64,000 nucleotides of DNA. Source: Carcharhinus amblyrhynchos. Taxonomy: Eukaryota. The stretch spans positions 121,768,001 to 121,832,000 of the forward strand of contig OZ336870.1 in assembly GCA_965287045.1 (NCBI GenBank), in the 5' to 3' direction. The notes under the pieces are model-generated. The model was given only the letters and a program-made list of their open reading frames with translations, searched no databases and was not told the origin of the DNA. Positions 37,519-49,665 of the stretch are shown in pieces (the first letter of the stretch is position 1; each line of letters begins with the position of its first letter). A program made the translations under genes and the position numbers.

Positions 37519-39984
37519 GCTCAAAACCTTTTGCAAGCAAACAACTAAAGATGAAATTGATTGAAGCCTTGCATTGTATAGCACAGCATCTTTATTGGAA
37601 AGGAACCAATATTTGTAGGTGAGATGACATTGATTAACTACTTAAGCTTCTATCATGTAGCATATGCTGCTATCTGAACCAAATGGTGAGTCACTAACTT
37701 ATCCGGTCTCTTATCTATATACTAAAATTGTTGATGGCCCTATTGCCATAATAGTATTATTTGAGGAAGCCTAAATCTTGATCTTTACCTTCACTAATAA
37801 AAAGGGTGGCAACCAAAATTAATACTGCATTTATTTTTCTGCACTCAGATAGGTTTTCAATCGAATTCTTAAATTGATTGCCATCCTCACACAAACTAAC
37901 ATCAACAATAAGGATTCAGTGAAGAGTCGCTTCAGAACTCACAAAAGAAAGATAAATAAAATCATTGTGTAATCCACAAAAATAGATGAATGGTGTTTAT
38001 AGCCACTACCGTGCAGTATAATTGCTCACAATGCTTCTCTTCTAAAACTTACAAAACATTCACTTCTAATCCTGTAAGTCTATCAAGAAGCATTGTCTTC
38101 CGGACAGCAAGATAAATTGCCTGGAGAAAAGAACAATAAAAATGTAACAGTGATCCTACTGTTAGTTTCCAAGTACAGCTTTGGGTAGTGGTAATAGCAG
38201 AAGCAATTAAGAAGCAAATCCTTAGTCCTGCAAACAGGGGAGTGGCAAATACGGTGCACAGGGCTTTTAAGAGCTACTCAATTTACAACACTGCTTTGCT
38301 GGTCCTGGTTTAAAAAAAAAATCAATATCACACTGATTTATGATTCCTAATAAGAGATTAGAGTCACAAGTATCAGTGTTTTGAGCCATGTAACTGATCC
38401 ATGACAAAGTGCTTTGTCATTGCAATGTTTAAATTGTTTTACAGTTATCTAGCTATATTTGCTTAAACTGGAAGTGTAGATTTACAGTGAGGAAAGATTT
38501 CTACAGTTTACATTCAAAGCAAAACGCTCTCTGCAAAGCCTTTCACTTGTTATTTATTTTGAACTACTTTTACTAGGCAGGTTAATCTGTTACATGCCAA
38601 TATGATAAACTGATAAATTAAGTGACTCACATGTATGTAAAGATGCAACAGCACAAAATCAATGTTAAAATAATCTCATCTCAGTTGCATTATTTAGCAT
38701 TGTTGGGTTTACCTTACATATCTAAAGAAAGCACTTCTGATTTTAATTGCAATGCAGCAATATCCACTGATCTTAGAGTTGCAGTGATTGTCTACATGTA
38801 AAACTAGAATTAATTTTCTGTAAATCAAATATACACTCCACTTAAATTTTAAGTGGACCTGTCTATCACAGAGAAATAACCATTGTCAGATAGTTATTTA
38901 ACTTGTCAATGTCAATGGAATTAAATGTGCCACCTTACAAAATTTATTTGGTAATCTCCAATAGAGTTAGAGCACTTCCATTCATATATTAGCTTCAAAT
39001 ATATTTTGAGCCAATACAATTAAGTTAAACACAATATAAAGACAGTAAAGTTTCGACGTTATAGCAAGGCAATCCAAATGAGATACGACTCTAATGATAA
39101 TTAGTGAGAGGTGCAGAAATGACTGCACCGTTCTCATGGGTTTAAAAAAGTGCTAAACATTGTTTCTAAGAAAAATAATGGATTCTGTGGTCAATAACAC
39201 TATGTTTGCATATGTGCACTGAATTCTTGTTATCTAGCTGAGCTGTTTTCCAAGCATTTGAACAGGATATGTCACACACATGTTATTACATCAGTTTCAT
39301 TCCTGGATGATTGCCCTTTGGCGTGTTAGTGACAGTTTTCCATTGATTGTTCATTCATCCTATTGATTAACACCTGCTGGACCTATTTATTAGTCCCTGT
39401 GAATCCATTTTAAAATTTAGGTTGTTAGTAATGGATAAAGACAGAAGCTACTGGAGAATATATTGGAAAAGCTGTACATTTATGCATGCGCATTAATCAT
39501 TGTGGTTTTCCTTGTGATTATTATTCAACAGTGCATTGAATTTGTTACTGCTTAGATAATACAACTTCTATATAAATGTCTACATTGACATGTAATTATA
39601 CACATACCACTAAATCTTTCCTGTAACACCCACACAGAAACAGTTATCTTTGTCTTGTCATGCTGCAATGTCCCACTTCAAATGCTGACATAACAGTTGT
39701 TGGAAGTGTAAATCAAAATGGCAAAATATATTTTTACAAAAGCAAAGAAAATCTAAGCAACAGAACTGGATGATGAACGCGGAAGAACTGAACCCAAATG
39801 GGAAATCAGAAGATTATACAGTCTCAGGAATAAGCACCACATGGATCGCAGCAGTTCAAGAAAGTAGCTCATATTCACCTTCTCAAGACTAATTAGAGAT
39901 GGGCAATAAATGCTGGCCTTGCCAGCGATACAGACATCCCAAGAATGAATAAAAAGCACAAGTACATTACATGGTGATTTACAA

Positions 39985-40385
39985 GGATAATGCCAGGACT
40001 GTCAGCAAAAATTGAATAAGGTAGGGCTCGTTTCTCTAGAATTGAGAAAGCTGATGGGTGACCAATTGACAGGGTTCTTTAAGATAATGAAAATGTTTGA
40101 TAGTATAGAAGCACACCAAATGTGTTTCCACTTAAAGGGAATTCCAAAAATGAAGGCCATAAATCTAAGGTAGTGAGTATTACATTCAATAAGGAATTCA
40201 GGAGAAAACTATTTTACTCAGTGATGAGAAAATAGAACATGCTAGCATATGGAGTAGTTATAACAAGTAGTACGAATGCATTTAAAGATAAGTTAAACAG
40301 GATAGGACAAGATGGAGTCAGGTGGGAGGAGGGTCTTGCGCAGCACCTACATGTTGGGTGACAGTCTACATTTGTACTGTAAATT
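39985..40385 (+). mobile_element. Old CR1 3' fragment
   Basis: TTTACAAGGATAATGCCAGG...AGGAATTCAGGAGAAAACT...GCATTTAAAGATAAGTTA. Confidence 0.6.
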
Positions 40386-41029
40386 ATATAATTTTAAGGT
40401 TGTTAAATATTTATAAGTGTTGCATGAATGCTTTAAGAGCTGATCACACAATTTGATGGTGATGTCATTAGGGTGTTGCCACAGGCTGCTATTTTACTTT
40501 CAATATGTAGATGGTGCAGAGAACATCTCCTGGAATAAATCTTTTGTTGTTACTTTTGAATCGAAGTGTGCAAACCAGATTCTTTTTGTTAAAATCCACA
40601 ACCCCTAACATAGTTGGAATATTGCAGAAATAAAATTAGAGGCAAGTCATGATTTTGTTTCATCAAGAACATTGAGAAAGGATCACAAGTGGACGAAGGA
40701 AAAAAATTGTGTGTCCTCACACTTTAAAAATTAGAAGGCTGGCGAGAAGCAACAACAGCATTAAAAATTAAAGCACCAGTGAAGGAAGATGGAAGTTAAA
40801 AAAAGGCTCTGTGTAGTTTTTAAAAAAAAGATTCCTTTCTGATCGGAGAAGACTGAGTTTCTATGCAATATCTGGGATATTTGAAAAAATTGGATTTTTT
40901 ATTGTACAGTGGGGGGTCATTTACAAAAAAGTATATCAAGTCAAGGGTCTCGAGGGTAAACAAGAGTGGATTGGGAAGACAGTAAAAAAAACCAAGCAGT
41001 ATTGAGTCACTAGTGCCTGCAAGGGAAAT

Positions 41030-42407
41030 AGTGGGTCAGTTAGAATCCATAAAGCCTTTCAGTGAAGAAAATCAATTTTCTGAGTTCTTACGCAGAGCAT
41101 TTTTACTAATTTGTACAAGTTAATAAAAGTGCAAATAAGTTGTTCGTTCACATTTTTCCACAGTACAGTAGGAAGTAAAACCTACAATTTTCTCCAGAAC
41201 CTGGTTCATCTAGAAAAGCCAAGAACCAAAACTTACAGTGACTTGACAAAGATCCTTTAACAGTCTTGCTCTTAAAAGCCATGGCCATCACAGAACTGTT
41301 CCAGTTCCACTGAAGGAATCAAGTGAAACGTGAAAGCATTGCTCAGTTTGTGGCTACCTTAAAAACGCTGGCAGATCACGGTTTAGTTTGTGCACTCCAA
41401 AATGAGACTATCCAAGGACAATTGTTTACTGAACATGCATAGACTTTAGCAGCCAATTCCATCAACACAGCAATTCCTATTGCTGTCTTTAAAGGGGCTT
41501 CACAATTTGATGCAGGAATGAAGACCCACAAATTTGAAGCTGCCATAAGAAGTCAAAACAACAAAAAGCATGTCACAGATGTGCCAAAATGTTTGATTCA
41601 GCGAGTGAATGCTGGAGGAAGGATAATCAATGCAAGAATTGAAGGAAAATGGGTCACATTGCAAAAGTTTGTTAGGCTATACCAGTTTTCCTTGAGAAGA
41701 ATATTCAGAAGAAGCTGGTACCTTGAACTAGAAAAACAAGTTGTGTTCTATAAAAAGAATTTAAAACTTGAAAGAAAAGAATTATGACTGTGAAAAAGAG
41801 AATGTCCAGAAATATGCGGAAGACATCCAACTGAACGTCTTATCCATATAAGGTGAATCACATAAATTTTGGGTGATTCCTAAGTTATGTCGACAGCTAT
41901 TAGGATGAAGGTTGATACTTGTACTGTTGTATCTTTAATTCCTGAGATGACATACTAATAAAAGTTGAAGTACTATCCATTAAAACCAGCTGATGTGGTT
42001 TTAAGGTCATACACAGAAGAGATTGTGCCATTATAAGGTTACATCATAGTCAACACAGAATTGAATAGACAAACAGTGGAGTTGCCTCTCCATGTGATAA
42101 TTTTCCAATTCTATTTAGAAGATCATAGTTGGAGAAGATAAAACTTAACTGGAGTGCTGTCAACAGACTGGTTGATACTTAGACAAACATACAGCACCTT
42201 CTGGATAAACACAAGAGTGTATTCGAAGTGACACTAGGCTCAATGAAGAAAGTTCAAGTGAAACTCAAGATAAAACCTAATAGTCAACCGAAAGGTCTCA
42301 AAGCAAGAGCAGTGCCATGTGTAATTCGTCCCAAGATCGAAGAATTAGTATGAATTGTTAACACCGGTGTGTTAAAGTCAGTTCCATGAGTAACTGGGCT
42401 AACCCCA
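41030..42407 (+). mobile_element. Gypsy (Mag/K02A2.6-like) LTR retrotransposon: gag, protease and RT start, decayed
   Basis: VGSKTYNFLQNLV..EKPRTKTYSDLTKIL, SIAQFVATLKTLA, zinc knuckle ..KMGHIAKVC, protease MKVDTCTVVSLI, LRSYT, KARAVP, then SNWA.P cut by the ERV LTR. Confidence 0.8.
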
Positions 42408-43202
42408 TGTAGGAGCTTTTTTTCAGATGTTAAGTATTATGCTAGCTATCATGTGAGAGATTTCTCTTTATTAATTGCAGCTCAGCAAAACACAAAAATT
42501 CGTGGAGACAGTATTCCGGTCAAGACATTTCTTCATTGTCCAGGCCTGATCAGCAAACACTGGAGAGTGATTTGGGGCAGTTCTAAATCACTCTGAAATT
42601 ACATTTCTTAACATTACAATTAAACAATGTTCAAAAGCTATTTGCCTTCCCATCAGCTCATGCCAGTCAGGTATGAACCAATCATTATCAGTATAGGTCG
42701 CTGGCAGCATATCATTATCAGTATAGGTCGCTAGGTGCATAGTGTCTGCAAGTTGTCTCCCACCGTCTCTTAGCAGCTTCAAATGTATAAGTCCATGGAG
42801 TTCTAAACTTCCCTTTCTCATTGTCTTATGATACACACTAGACAATTCTTATTGAGTGTAACGTAAGGCCTATTCATTCACCTGTCTATGAGCTCCAGGA
42901 CTATCTGCAGTCCACTCTGATAAGAGTCGCTTTCTCATTTTGCTCAATAGCTGTATTATTCCAGAGAATGTGATTTTTTTTTTGCTCAGTTATATTCCAC
43001 CATGCCTTAGGGCAGTGTGTAGTTGGGCAAATGTACAGAATATTCAAAACTACACGTTTAAATTCTCTAAAGTGATTATACATGTTTCTACGCAAACAAT
43101 ATCTTTATAAAATATATTCTAGGCACTTGTGACTTCTCTATACTATATTCACTCTGATTGTCAGTCTTTTTTGTCCCAAGTTATACTAAACTTCCTCCTA
43201 CG
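42408..43202 (-). mobile_element. ERV 3' LTR (~795 bp)
   Basis: Terminal inverted repeat TGTAGGAG (42408) / CTCCTACG (43195-43202); polypurine tract AAAAGGGAGAA just upstream on minus; AATAAA at 42467-42472 (minus). Confidence 0.75.
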
Positions 43203-43235
43203 TATTCTCCCTTTTGGCCCTTGGCTAGCCCAAGA

Positions 43236-44490
43236 TTAGGCCACTAACTGGAAGTTTTCAAATATGTATTTTCGGATCCCGGAGGGCTGTTTGGCATCAG
43301 GGGTATTCTTGTCTCCACCCAGACTGCCATTATCATTGCTGTGCTTTGTGTGGACCTGACTGCTAGTGGAGCATTTAAGTAATTGCAGAATTACAATGAT
43401 TGCTAAAATAAATAATGAAAATTAACACAATCCCTTGTGCTATTGATGTTCCCAGGGAACCTAGCCAACTTGAAGCCTAGCTAGATCGGTTATGGACTCT
43501 GAATTATCTAGTATATATGTGTAACATTCTGGTCCAATTAAGGCATATATTCTACCATTATCTGCCAAGATAAAGTCCAGTGCTATTCGATGCTGATGTA
43601 TCACAGTGCACACAGCAACCATCTCATCGTGATTTCAGTAAAGGGATTGGCTATATCATTGGCAACCTTTTCCAGAATTGAGATTAGGCCATTGTCTTCT
43701 TATATTAACCTCCCAATCTGATACCAGGGGAGCAGCATGCCAAAGTAATATTCTATTAGCATGATATCACGTTGATGTCTCATCAAGAAGGCTAGGAGAA
43801 TGATAAATGTATGGGACTACACATCCAAGGTAACATGATCCTTTCCACTTGATAAGGAGCCAAGGATATGTTCTATCCCCACAAATCCAATGTGTAACAT
43901 TGTGAGTTGGGTAGGTGTTGCTCCCCTTGAAGCAATAAGAGATACGATCATCACTGGGTGAACTTTTGCAGAACCAGATGTTCTGGTTTAGTGTTGTAAC
44001 ATTCATTTGTATCTAAGTCAATCCCAGGATCTTCCTTATTCTCAATACAATATATCTTAGGTTTTGGTACCATTTGTTTCAGGGTGAAACTGGGAGCTGG
44101 TTTTGATATGTTAAAGACAGGTGTACACCTCATTATGTGATCTAGCCTACCTGTACAGAGTGTACCGTTGTGCAATTTTATCCTGTCATAAACCATTTCC
44201 TGGTATCCGACGTCCAGGGAACCTAAAATACTGAGCACGTTGGTCCCACATAATCAGTTCAGACCGTGATAGGAGCAATAGTCCCAAGGCATCCCCCCTC
44301 AGCATGTATAAGGACATGCAAGCAAACCCAACAGCTGGATTGATTAGGAATTCTAGCATATGTATATGCAATGTACAGGTAAGTGTGGACATGCAGTTCC
44401 AGAGGGGAACAATAAGTAACTTTGGGTGCTGGTCCTATCTGAATTAAAATTAGTAAACTCAACACTAATAGAAACACGCATAATCATTAT
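43236..44490 (-). pseudogene. env: Gamma-type retroviral envelope (env), with frameshifts and stops
   Basis: Signal peptide FLLVLSLLILI, CWVC motif, furin-like RHQR, immunosuppressive domain QHRIALDFILADNG, degenerate CX6CC (Y-ALIGPE-CY), anchor GIVLIFIIILAIIVIL. Confidence 0.85.
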
Positions 44491-44930
44491 GGCAATCAAC
44501 TATCAACAATTTCTATTGTTCTCTTCTGTATCCCTCAATTGTTGGGTAATGCCTGATAAGTAAAATTATTAATTACAATCTTGCATTACAACTGCGTTAC
44601 ATTCAGTTACGTCCCAGTTATCCAATGTGGTCCAGATGATTTGTCTGCTGGGATCCTGTTCGACAAAGTGGCGGATGTGTGGGGCATCATAGTGATGGCT
44701 GTAACCTCTAGGTATAAACAGAAAGCCTTCCGGCCCCTAATTAATATTACATTAATCATACCATTTCTATCTCTTCCTCTTGGTTCCTGTGTTCCATGGC
44801 TTGAGCTACTCTAATGGCCTATTTACAAATTCCAATTATCTTTGCTATTAGCGCAGAGGCTATGATAATTCCCTCCTCCATAGGTTCATTTATCCACTGG
44901 GACGGTCTGCAGATGTTTATGATTACGGGA

Positions 44931-45590
44931 CTACTCATTAGGATATGGTTTCAACTGATTCCAATGCCAACACCATGGGCTGTGCATTTTATAGATTAGG
45001 GCACACGTTTGTCCTGTAACAATCACTTCATTGGGTCCCTCCATCAAACCCCTTGCCCTTTTTTGGCTGTCATTAGTTTCACCATTACCTTATCCTCTGG
45101 TGTGGGTAATTTAGGGGTATTCTTTCCTGTCATTTTAATCCCGTCTCCATGCTGCTGTTGGGTGATTACCCGGTTTTTCAGAGAATGCAGGTGGTCCATC
45201 AAATCCCTCAAACATTGAAATACTGTTCCTTGACTTATTTCAAGTTCTCCCCCTCTGAGAGGCGCATTGCTCTTCTAGTCATCAATTCAAAAGCGGTTAG
45301 TCCTGTCCCTCAGGTGAGGATAGCTCTCTGTCAGAGCAGCATTGCAGGCAAAGCTTGAAGCAAATTGTTTCCCTCTTCTAGTATAGCTATTTTTAAACAT
45401 ACAGTTCATTCGTTCTACCATTCCTGAGCTCTGGGGATGGTACAGTATATGAAACATTTGTTTTATCCCCAATATCTGACAAGCTACTTTCAAAGCCCTT
45501 CCTGTGAAATGGCTTCCCTGATCAGAGTCTAATTGAAGGAGCACTCCCCATCTGGTATTGTTTCATTTGCTAAAATCAGAGCCACAGGGG
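44931..45590 (-). pseudogene. pol: Retroviral integrase core and C-terminus (pol 3' end)
   Basis: QLDSDQGSHFTG...YHPQSSGMVERMN (second D and E of DDE); C-terminus DKVMVK...WHWNQLKPYPNE*. Confidence 0.9.
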
Positions 45591-46230
45591 GATTGGGCGG
45601 GGGGGGGGGGGGGGGGGGAGAGGAGTGGGAGAGGTGAGCCAAATCATTCTCTGGTGAGAAGGGAGGAGAAGTAGGTTCAGATATAGCTCTGGTGGGGGTG
45701 GAAGGGAGGGAGGAGGGAGGACTGATCATTGTCTGGTGGTGGTGGTGGGGGGGGGTGCAGACGGAGGCCAGAATGTTATCTCTGTGGGGACAGAGGAGGA
45801 GGCAGATCAGATGTATCTCTGGTGGAGGGGGCGGGGGGGGACCACTGTCACTCTGTGGGCGATCAGCGGGAGAGAAAGGGGACAGAGGGTCATGATCGGT
45901 CTGGATAGTAGGTGGGTGAATAAAGGGGAAAGTTAGGTTGTAGGGGTGGGGCGATGTCTGTGGAGGCCACTGCTCCTGCTTTTGGCTCCCAGGCCGCTTT
46001 ATCCGCTTTTTGCGATCCAGGAGCAATTTTCAAATTTTTTTCTAACTGCACACGCGCAATTCAGAACTCCGATCATTTTAGGCACGCTAAGTCCCGCCAC
46101 AGCACAATTCAACTTGCGATTGTTTTTTCAGGCTAAGTGCTAACGGGGAGGGCCTGAAAGCAAATTTCCTAGTCGGATCTGAATTGTGCCCAGATTCAGC
46201 ACTTAGAATCAAAATGATAAAATCAGGCCC
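45590..46230. mobile_element. Non-autonomous Harbinger-like element (right part)
   Basis: End ACTTAGAATCAAAATGATAAAATCAGGCCC matches 2713-2742; G-rich interior. Confidence 0.6.
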
Positions 46231-46261
46231 AATGTGACAAACATTAGAACAACCTGTACCT

Positions 46262-47150
46262 TAGAACATAGAACATAGAACATTACAGCGCAGAACAGGC
46301 CCTTCGGCCCACGATGTTGCGCCGACCAGTTACAAAACAATGACCCACTAACCTAAACCAATCCCTTTTCGTCCATAAACCTATCCACGGATCTCTTAAA
46401 CGCCCCCAAACTAGGCGCATTTACAACTGCAGCAGGCAGGACATTCCAATCCCTCACCACCCTCTGGGTAAAGAACCTACCCCTGACATCCGTCCTATAA
46501 CTACCCCCCCTTAATTTAAAGCCATGCCCCCTCGTGCTAGATTTCTCCATCGGAGGAAAAAGGCTATCACTATCCACCCTATCTAAACCTCTAATCATCT
46601 TATATGTTTCAATAAGATCCCCTCTTAGCCGCCTTCTTTCCAGCGAAAACAACCCCAATCCCCCAGCCTCTCCTCATAGGACCTCCCCTCCATACCAGGC
46701 AACATCCTGGTAAACCTCCTCTGCACCCTCTCCAAAGCCTCCACATCCTTCCTGTAATGTGGGGACCTGAACTGCACACAGTACTCCAAGTGCGGCCACA
46801 CCAGAGTTGTGTACAGTTGCAACATAACGCTGCGACTCCTAAATTCAATCCCCCTACCAATAAACGCCAAGACACCGTATGCCTTCTTAACAACCTTATC
46901 TACTTGATTCCCAACTTTCAGGGATCTATGTACACATACACCTAGATCCCTCTGCTCATCCACACTATTCAAAGTCCTCCCGTTAGCCCTATACTCGACA
47001 CGTCTGTTATTCCTACCAAAGTGAATTACCTCACACTTCTCCGCATTAAACTCCATCCGCCACCTCTCGGCCCAGCTCTGCAACCTGTCTAAGTCTTCCT
47101 GCAAACTATGACACCCTTCCTCACTATCTAACACCCTTCCTCACTATCTA
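46262..47150 (-). mobile_element. Young 5'-truncated CR1 (HER1-like) LINE
   Basis: ORFs 46625-47134 and 46353-46658 (LQEDLDRLQSWAERWRMEFNAEKCEVIHFG...LERVQRRFTRMLPG...RLRGDLIETYK) differ by one frameshift; (CATAGAA)n tail; CpGs retained. Confidence 0.95.
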
Positions 47151-47729
47151 TGTGTACTTTAAATTTTCCAGTCTCTACAGGTGGCAAATTTAGCACATAG
47201 GTCAAAGTAATTCATGACAAGGAGTAGAGGAACAGTAATGCTACAGGTTGTAGTAAAGCTCCAAGTCACAGCCATTCGCTGGGTCGAGGTTGTGTAGTCT
47301 AAATCTAGTTCAGGATTCTGCAAGTCTTCGAAAACATGTATGACAAATACAGAAGTTGTTATCAGGCAGTACTCAGTCAGAGAACAAGGGAAGCAGCCCA
47401 AAGAACATGAAAGTAATATGGCCGTAGATAAAATTTCTGCACCCACAATAGAAATAATCATTGAAATTCACAACTTACCTTTATGATAGATACAGCTGCA
47501 ACAACGTCTGTTATCTTAGAAAGAGAGTATAAGAAGTGTTAAGTCACATTCCTTTATTCAAAACTGGTGTGATGTTGATAATAGTCTTCCAGTGTTAAGT
47601 GAAATTAGTGTTAAAGTAGAATATAATGATGCATCCTATTATTTGCCATTGGTAGTAGCAGGAGGCAAGGAAGGCTCCCTGATGTGATGGAAAGAACTGG
47701 TGTAAGAAAATATGGTTAAACTGGGCCAA

Positions 47730-48575
47730 ATGTGAGCTGATATACTTTGGAAGAATAGACAAGATGAGGGAGTATTTAATGAATGGCAGGTTACTGGGTA
47801 GCTCAGAGGGACAAAGGGATCTTGGAGTAATTAGTCACAGATCTCTAAAGGCAGCAGAGCACATGAATAGGGTAGTTAAGAAGGCATAAGAAAAGACACT
47901 CGCTTTCATCAGTCATGGTATAGAGTATAAGAACAAGGAAGTAATGTTGGAGTTTTACAGAGTGTTGGTTAGGCCTCAGCTCAAGTACTGAGTGTAGTCC
48001 TGGTCACTTCACTTTAGTACTAGAGGGGAGGTTTACAAGGATGTTGCCCGGGATGGAGCACTTGAAAATATAAGGAGGTTGGATAGACTTGGATGTTTTC
48101 TTTAGAGCAGAGAAGGCTAAGGGGGGACATGATTGAGGTCTAAAAGATTATAAGGGGGTCTGGACAGGTTGAGTAGGGAGCAGTTGTTTCTCTTGGTTGA
48201 AAAGTTTATCACATAGCAGCATAGTTTTAGGTTAAGGGGCAGGACATTCAGAGGAGATTTGAGAAAAACTTTTACACTCAGAGGGTGGTGGGAATCTGGA
48301 ATGCACTGCCTGGGAAGGTAGTGGAAAGTTTGTGCTGCTAAATAAACCTGTTGGACTTTAACCTGGTGTTGTGAGACTTCTCACTAAGGTAGTGGAAGCC
48401 AAAAACTTTACAACCTTTAAAAAATATTTCGATGAGCACCTGGCATATCATAACATTCAAGGATATGGGACAAGTGAAGGAAAATGGGATTAGCGTCCCT
48501 TTAGTGGTAGCTATTATTAGTGTAAACTCAATGGGCTGAAGGGCCTTTTCTGTGCAGTATACCTCTATGGCTGTA
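47730..48575 (+). mobile_element. CR1 3' fragment inside the Gypsy element
   Basis: AAATGTGAGCTGATATACTTTGG...CAAAGGGATCTTGG...CTCAGAGGGTGGTGGGAATCTGGAATGCACTGCC...GGGCTGAAGGGCC...CTATG. Confidence 0.85.
48327..48385 (+). mobile_element. 59-bp Penelope pLTR fragment inserted in the CR1
   Basis: AAATAAACCTGTTGGACTTTAACCTGGTGTTGTGAGAC flanked by an AAGGTAGTGGAA duplication (48315-48326 and 48386-48397). Confidence 0.85.
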
Positions 48576-49339
48576 TGACAAAGTTTTTTACGGTAGGAAT
48601 CAGTAAGCATATGTCCATCATTAAGGAAATGCTAAGAGAGTACAAAGTGGTCTTTGAACAAGGAGAACTAAATAATAAAATCACACAGCACAAGGCAGAA
48701 GTCAAGATAGAAATCAATGTACAGTTAGAAGCAGTAAGTAAAGACCTAGTTAGATCATAAAGAAGTGTAAATTAGAAAGGTGAAGAACAGTGAACAGGCC
48801 ACACCCATTGTGGTCATTCTGACAAGAGGATTTGTGGAGACAATAAACAAACTGCAAGTAAAGTAATTCAAAGTGATACTTACTGCCTACTAGTGAGGAT
48901 TTGTTTTCTAATTTAACCACTAAGTGTGTTCAGTAAGATGGATGTGTGAAATGTATATTAACAATTGGTATTCACTGACAAGAGCAAGGAACTGCTTACC
49001 ATTCATAAATATAAAGGGTTGTACCCAATTAAAAGGTTATTATTTAGGGCATTGCTACTCCCACAGTGCTCCAACCATCATGAGTCAGGTGACATTCTAC
49101 TTAGAGAAAAAGAGCACATTGTAAAGTTGAACAAATTTCTAGGTCGAGTTCAAGAAGCATTAAAGCTTAAAGAGCCAATGTTGCTTCAAATGTAGCATTA
49201 CTTGGTCACCAAACAGATGGTGAAGGTGACAACCTTCAGGAGAAGTTTATGAGGATTCTGAAATCAAAAAGACAAGAGAACAGAAAGATGTGGTTGGTTA
49301 TATTCAGAACCAAGTCAACAATACCAACTGCCTTATAAC

Positions 49340-49665
49340 ACATGATTGTTGTATCTCTTCCTCATCTAATGGTGCACAAGGCAGACTTTCATCGGTTTCC
49401 GTAGTGAGTTTTTCCTGGAACAAGTCACTAGCCTGTAACCAGGGGCATGTAGCGTGAGGGCCACTCCGAATTAAGCATGGCTGACCAGGAGTCTCTCCTG
49501 CTGTTACTGCTGGCCATTGGTGTATGTTAGCACAATATTGTAAGTTGATACTCAACATGTTGGCCATATTAATAATGCACCTTCCTTGGTCATCAAATCC
49601 TGGTGTGGGTCTCAAACCCACAGCTTCTGTGTCAGAGGCAGAAACACTACCCACTATGCCACAAG
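49340..49665 (-). mobile_element. tRNA-derived SINE (unclassified)
   Basis: Minus-strand head TGGCATAGTGGGTAGTG...GGGTTTGAGACCCAC (A/B-box-like). Confidence 0.5.

Larger units (their letters stand above)
47400..49300 (+). mobile_element. Second Gypsy element: protease-RT, heavily decayed, split by a CR1
   Basis: FMIDTAATTSVI (protease), IIKEMLREYKVVFE, ATPIVVI, RICGD, KGLYPIKRLLF. Confidence 0.7.

Noticed and set aside
43236-44490. Env as a domesticated syncytin-like gene
   Set aside because: Multiple frameshifts and stops, and loss of CX6CC cysteines
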